DNA of 64,000 nucleotides from an uncultured Acidobacteriota bacterium (GTDB lineage Bacteria; Acidobacteriota; Thermoanaerobaculia; Multivoradales; SZUA-115): NCBI GenBank assembly GCA_963805975.1, contig CAWDVR010000005.1, positions 352,001 to 416,000 of the forward strand, read 5' to 3'. Shown piece by piece: positions 58,834 to 64,000 of this stretch (position 1 is its first letter; each line of letters starts with the position of its first letter). The notes under the pieces were generated by a model. It saw only the letters and a program-made list of their open reading frames with translations, ran no database searches and was not told where the DNA came from. The position numbers and the translations under genes were made by a program.

Positions 58834-60302
58834 TGGATCGCCCGCTGCGCATCTGCCAGGCGAGCTCCGAGCTGGCGCCGTTCGCCAAGACCGGCGGTCT
58901 GGGGGACGTCGCCGCCTCGCTCGCCCGCTACCTCCACCGTGCCGGCCACGACGTGCGCGCCTTCCTGCCGCTGTACTCGAAGATCGATCGCTCCAAGCAC
59001 GCCTTCCTGCCCGTTTCCTTCCTGCACGACGTGCCGTTGCGGATGGGGCCGCACCACTTCACCTTCACCGTCTACACCTCGCCGCTCCCGGGCACCGCTC
59101 TGCCGCTCTACTTCATCCATTGCCCGGCGCTCTACGATCGCGACGGTTTCTACACCCAGGACGCGGACGAGGGGCTGCGCTTCGCCTTCCTGTCGCGGGC
59201 GGTGATCGAGTGCTGCCAGCGCATGGGCTGGGCGCCGGACATCGTGCATACCCATGACTGGCACACGGCCCTGATGCCGCTCTACCTGCGCACCCTCTAC
59301 GCCTGGGACAGCCTGTTCGCCCACACCAGGACGGTGCTGACCCTCCACAACGTGGGCTACCAGGGAGTCTTCGGCAGCGGCCTGCTGCCCGATCTCGAGC
59401 TCTCGGGCTTCACCTCGTACCTTTTCCAGGACGATCTGGCCGCCGGGCGGGTGAACTTCCTCAAGACCGGCGTCCTGTACTCCGGGGTGCTCACCACCGT
59501 GTCGCGCACCCATGCGCTCGAGATCCAGACCGACCGCTACGGCATGGGCCTCCAGGGCTTGCTGCGGGCGCGCGCCGACCACCTGGTGGGGATCGTCAAC
59601 GGTATCGACGCCGAGGAGTGGGACCCGGCCGCCGACCCTCACATCCCCCATCCCTACTCCGCCGCCGACCTCTCGGGCAAGGCGCTCGACAAGCTCCATC
59701 TGCTGGACGCTCTCGGCCTGGCCGCCGAGCCACGGGTGCCGCTCATGGGTGTGGTCTCGAGGCTCACCGCGCAGAAGGGGCTCGATCTCTTCTTCGAGGT
59801 GATGCCGGGCCTCCTCTCGCGGCGCAACGCGCGGCTCGTGGTGCTGGGCAACGGCGAGCGCAGGTACGAGGAGTTCTTCGCCGGGCTCCAGCACGGGTTT
59901 CCCGACCGCGTGATCTTCTACCGCGGCTACAGCGAGCCGTTGGCGCACCTCGTCGAGGCGGGCGCCGACCTCTTCCTCATGCCGTCGCTCTACGAGCCCT
60001 GCGGCCTCAACCAGATGTACAGCCAGCGCTACGGCACGCCGCCGGTGGTGAGGAAGACGGGAGGCCTCGCGGATACCGTGGAGCCGTTCGACCCGGCCAC
60101 TGGCGCCGGCACCGGCTTCGTGTTCGAGCACTTCACGCCCGAGGGCTTGGCCTGGGCCGTGAACCTGGCGCTCGACGTCTACCAGGACCGCGAGGCATGG
60201 CAGCGGCTGATGCTCGCCGGGATGGCCCAGGACTTCTCCTGGGAGACCCAGATCGAGCGCTACGTGGGTCTTTTCCGGGCGCTCCTTGCCGGTCGGTTCT
60301 GA
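58833..60302 (+). CDS. glgA: Glycogen synthase
   Basis: KTGGLGDV, HDWHT, SRLTAQKG, MPSLYEPCGLNQ, TGGLADTV. Confidence 0.97.
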   Translation: MDRPLRICQASSELAPFAKTGGLGDVAASLARYLHRAGHDVRAFLPLYSKIDRSKHAFLPVSFLHDVPLRMGPHHFTFTVYTSPLPGTALPLYFIHCPALYDRDGFYTQDADEGLRFAFLSRAVIECCQRMGWAPDIVHTHDWHTALMPLYLRTLYAWDSLFAHTRTVLTLHNVGYQGVFGSGLLPDLELSGFTSYLFQDDLAAGRVNFLKTGVLYSGVLTTVSRTHALEIQTDRYGMGLQGLLRARADHLVGIVNGIDAEEWDPAADPHIPHPYSAADLSGKALDKLHLLDALGLAAEPRVPLMGVVSRLTAQKGLDLFFEVMPGLLSRRNARLVVLGNGERRYEEFFAGLQHGFPDRVIFYRGYSEPLAHLVEAGADLFLMPSLYEPCGLNQMYSQRYGTPPVVRKTGGLADTVEPFDPATGAGTGFVFEHFTPEGLAWAVNLALDVYQDREAWQRLMLAGMAQDFSWETQIERYVGLFRALLAGRF

Positions 60303-60394
60303 TTGGCCGCGCGCGGATACGTTTCGCCGCCGAACTGTCTCGACGCCCGCCGGCTCTTCGCCTGCTCTCGGCGGCGTAGATAGATAATGAAGCC

Positions 60395-60640
60395 ATGGCG
60401 GACGGTGACGAAGGTGGCTCGGGCCAGTGGAAAGAGATCCAGGCCCTGGTCGCGCGCCTCGAGCCCCGCATCATCGAGATGTTCCAGCGCTACGGTGTCT
60501 CTCCAGACACCGCCGCCGTGATCCTCGCCGACGTGGTCGCGATGCTGATCTACCGCTGGCGCAACGTGGCGACCCCGGAGGCCTGGTTCCTGGAGATGCT
60601 CGAAAGCCGCGCCTGGAGGAGCCGCCTGAAGGAACCGTAG
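60395..60640 (+). CDS. Small protein resembling a stand-alone sigma region 2 domain
   Basis: RYGVSPDTAAVILADVVAMLIYRWRNVATPEAWFLEMLESR follows the ECF region 2.2-2.4 pattern; clean start and stop. Confidence 0.55.
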   Translation: MADGDEGGSGQWKEIQALVARLEPRIIEMFQRYGVSPDTAAVILADVVAMLIYRWRNVATPEAWFLEMLESRAWRSRLKEP

Positions 60641-60661
60641 GACGGCCGCGGGCCGGCAAGA

Positions 60662-60738
60662 ACGGCCGGCACAGGTCCGGCCGCTACGACGACAACGGCT
60701 CCTCCGGACGTAGCGGCAGGGCTCGTCCCGGCCGTCCC
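60662..60738. repeat. Second GTAG-family REP doublet (one arm degenerate)
   Basis: acggccggcacaggtccggccgctacg is identical to the arm near 29662; partner arm cgtagcggcagggctcgtcccggccgtccc. Confidence 0.8.
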
Positions 60739-60740
60739 CT

Positions 60741-63700
60741 CTACGACGGCGGTTTGGTCGCGGCCGAGAGCGCCCCCACCTCGGCACCGCCGTCCTTTGC
60801 TTCTTCGAGCGCTTTCTTCTCCTCGTCGGGATGGCCGGTGGCACGGGCGGCGATGGCGAGCAGCGCCGAGCCCTCGGCGCCCGCGATCGTGCCGCGCTTC
60901 AAGACCCCCTTGCGCAACAGCCGGTAGGCGCGCTCGGCATCGCCCTCGTGCAGGGCCAGGCGCGCATCCAGGAGGTCGATCTCGCCCTTCCACCAGGGTT
61001 GCTGGCCGAGCGGCAGGAGGTCCCGCGCCCGGGCGAGCGCCGCCCGCGCCTCGCCGTCGCGCCCGCCGTCGAGGTAGAGCCGGGTGAGGAAGAGCTGCAC
61101 GCGGCCGTCGAGCAGCCGGCCCGAGGCCTCGAGGTCGCCGGGCCTGGGCGAGTCCTCGTAGCCGGGGCCGGCGAAGATCTCGGCGGTGAGCGCCTGGGTG
61201 GCGAGCCGCTCCGCCTCGTCGCGCCGGTCCTCGGCCGCGCGGTCCATCGCCTGGTAGAGGAGCATGAGCTTGGGGTGCCGCCGCTGGTTGAAGAAGCGGC
61301 CGAAGACCTCCTCCCGGCGGTCGAGCCAGATCTCCTTCGGCTCGTGGTCGAGCTCGAAGGAGAGCGGCGTCGACTCGCCCTTGAGCAGCACGTGGCCGAG
61401 GAGCAGGCTGTTGCCGATCTCCTTGGCCTCGTCTTTCTTCGTTTTTTTCTCGGCCGGCTTCGCCGGATCGTAGACCGCGATCTCGAACCGGCACGATGAG
61501 CGCCGAGTCCGCGATGCGCGCCAGCTCGATCCGCTCGCGCCGGACGTCGAAGCTTTCCTCCCTCCTCCACCACGCGGTAGCGGAAGCGGTAGGGCGCGCT
61601 CTGGCGGGCGGTGCCGGTGATCTTCCACTTGCCGCCTTCCGCCTTCGCGAAGCCGTAGTCGTAGTACACCTCGGGCAGACCGGTGCCGTAGATGAACTGC
61701 TTGGCAAAGCCGTCGAGCTCGACCCCCGACAGCCGCTCGAGGGCCTCGAGGAAGAGCTCGGTCGAGATCGCGCGGTGCCCGGCGATCTCGACCGTCTTCT
61801 CGAGCATCTCGAGGAAGGCCTGCTCGCCGAAGCGGCGGGCGAGCATGTCGAGCACCACCGCGCCCTTGCGGTAGACGATCGAGCTGTAGGCGTCGTCGCC
61901 GTGGCTCGAGATCAACCGCGATCCCAGGACCAGCGGCCCCAGTGACTCGACGGGCCGGCCGTCCGTCGGTCTCGGTGAGCAGGTCGATGCCTGCCAGCCG
62001 GAGGTCGGGCCGCGGGCGTACCGGAGTTCGCCGCCGAGCTTGTTCCGGGCATAGAGCACCGACGCGTAGTTGGCCATCGCCTCGGACAGCCACTGGTCGC
62101 GGTAGCTCTGCCAGCCGACCTGGTGCCCCCACCACTGGTGGGCGATCTCGTGCGCGACGACCGTGCGCGAGTCTTCGAGCCCGATCAGCCAGACCGGAAT
62201 CGGTCGTCCGCCATCATCAGGGCCGACAGGGTGACGAAGCCGAGGAGGGCCTGCGAGAAGAGCGCGGGCGTCAGCGACCAGGGTCATCTCGTCGAGCGGG
62301 TACGGGCCGAAGATCTTCTCGAAGTAGGTGATCGAGTCGCGGCGGCGCTCAGGATCCGGTCCTCGATCTCCTTGCGGCTGCGTAGGCGACATCGGCATCA
62401 TGCCGAGGCGGATCGCCACGTGCCCGGCCTGCCGCGTCTGGAGGTGGAACTTGCCGACCTCGAAGCCGAGGCCCGCCGCCGGCAGATCGATCGAACGCCG
62501 TTCCCAACGCCGCCCGCCCTTCTCCTCGCCGCCGTCCACCCGCTTGCCGCCCGCCAAGAGTTCGAGCCGCCCCGGCCAGTGGAAGGTCACGTCGTAGGTG
62601 GCGCGGTCGATCTCGCCGGCATGCGGGTGCCATTGCACGGTCTCGTAGAGCAGGAAGACGCCGCCCTCGATCTTCTCGAAGAGCGGGCCCTCGAAAAACA
62701 CCTCGACGACGGCCGTCTCCCCCGCCGCCGGCGCCCGTGGCAGGACGACCATCACCTGGCCGGCGTTCTGGCGGAAGGGCAGGGCCTCTCCGGAGGCGCC
62801 CTGGACGCGGGTGACCTCGAGATCTTTGTAGAGCTCCAGGGACGCGATGCGGGTGAGGCCGGTCTGCGCCTGGAGCTGGATCTGCGCCCGGCCGGAGACC
62901 TCCAGATCCTTGTCGGCGAGCGCGAGGTCCACCACGTAGCGCTGGGGCTCGAAGCCGGGGCCGCCCGGGGTGAGCTTGGCCGAGCTCCCGCGGAGCGAGG
63001 CCGAGACCCAGGTGTCCCAGGCCCCGAGATCCTTGATCTCGACGCCGATCAGCCGCCCGCGCCGCTGCTCGCGGTGGATCAGCTTGCTCGCCTGGCGCTT
63101 CTCCTTCTCGGTCAGATCGATGGGCACGAACTGGCCGAGCGTCACCTGCTCGACGGAGTCGGGCTCCACGACGTAGAGGAACTTGCCCAGCTCCTCGCTC
63201 GAGAACCAGCCGGCAAAGTACATCTGGTAGAGCGGGTCGCCGAGCCCGTCCGCGAGGAGCGCGCCGTCCACGTCGAGCTGCTTGCGCTCGGCGCTCGCCC
63301 GCCAAGCGGAGAAGAGCTCCGTGGCGCGGGTGGCGAGAGCCGGTTCCACGACCGCCGGGGCGCGCTTGAAGATCGCCTCCGCCGCCCGGTCGTTGGCCAG
63401 CACGAAGGCGGCCTCGTCGAGCTTGATCTCGAGGCGGGTCTTGCCGGTGAAGAGCTCGAGCTGCGCCTTCTCGACCTCGTCCGGCGGCTCGAGCACCAGG
63501 CGGGCCGAGCCCAGGAAAACGGCCTCGGTGACCCTGCCGCCGACCGGGCTCGCGGGAAAGAAAGTGCCCTTCTCGACCTTGAGCACCGCCATGCCGGTGT
63601 TGAGCGAGAGGCCCTGCACGCTGACCGCCTTGGTGATGTCGAGCCGGACGGCGGCGATCTCGGCGAGGCGGGCGTCGAGGCCCTCGTCGGCACCGATAGG

Positions 63701-63769
63701 GGAAGCACTGGCCAAGAGGGACAGCAGGCCGAAGAGCACGAAGGCGTGATGTCGGGGTCTGGGCGTCAT
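60741..63769 (-). CDS. Secreted M1-family (gluzincin) aminopeptidase-like protein with helical TPR-like tail; several frameshifts
   Basis: Signal peptide, FGPYP, AHEIAHQWWG..WLSEAMANY, IVYRKGAVVL; the C-terminus lies in another frame. Confidence 0.82.
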
Positions 63770-63798
63770 GGGTGGAGGGCTCCGGCTAGCAGGTCGGC

Positions 63799-63940
63799 TG
63801 TCATCCCGAGCGCAGCGAGGGATCTGGAGGTTGGGTGAGCTCACGGCGCCCAAGAGCCGCCCGCCCGGATCCTTCGCTACGCTCAGGATGACAATGGCTG
63901 CGATCAGATGACGATGCCTTCGCTCGGGATGACGATGGCT
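63799..63940. repeat. Inverted palindromic repeat family TGTCATCC(C/T)GAGCG-AGCGA-GGATC
   Basis: 63799-63827 pairs with 63865-63893; a partial third copy lies at 63918-63940. Confidence 0.8.
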
Positions 63941-64000
63941 TCGTTGCATCAGGTGCCGTCGTGCGAGGAGGGGTTTAGCCCTCGCCGCTATGCCGTCTCC

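Noticed and set aside
63770-63949. N-terminal extension of the 1016-aa ORF
   Set aside because: It translates the palindromic repeat. The ATG at 63769 precedes a proper signal peptide.

Overview
GC-rich bacterial chromosome segment, probably Acidobacteriota and possibly Thermoanaerobaculia. This placement is inferred from 16S style and protein families and was not checked by search. Most of the window is housekeeping: acnA, queD/queE, gltA, a dprA-trmFO-xerC-hslV-hslU-lipoprotein-dapF-apbE cluster, purSQL-FMN, a complete rRNA operon (16S, tRNA-Ile, tRNA-Ala, 23S, 5S), topA, mscL and glycogen genes (malQ, glgC, glgA). The best candidates for something new are: (1) an unannotated ~112-nt structured RNA at 12736-12847 (minus strand) with its own promoter, a pseudoknot, a UUCG hairpin, anti-Shine-Dalgarno-like tracts and a terminator; (2) an orphan DUF4157-type carrier fused to a His-Me endonuclease, with no immunity gene; (3) a secreted six-cysteine pre-pro-peptide inside the pur operon; (4) a TPR / periplasmic protein / peptidase-propeller-Omp85 operon; (5) an ATP-grasp pair among glycogen genes; (6) a C-terminal domain that may be a sorting signal. 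At least eight genes look leaderless. Clusters of frameshifts (TonB receptor end, SDR, xerC, M1 peptidase) and a scrambled junction near 2.3-2.45 kb point to uncorrected long-read errors. All family assignments come from motif recognition by eye.
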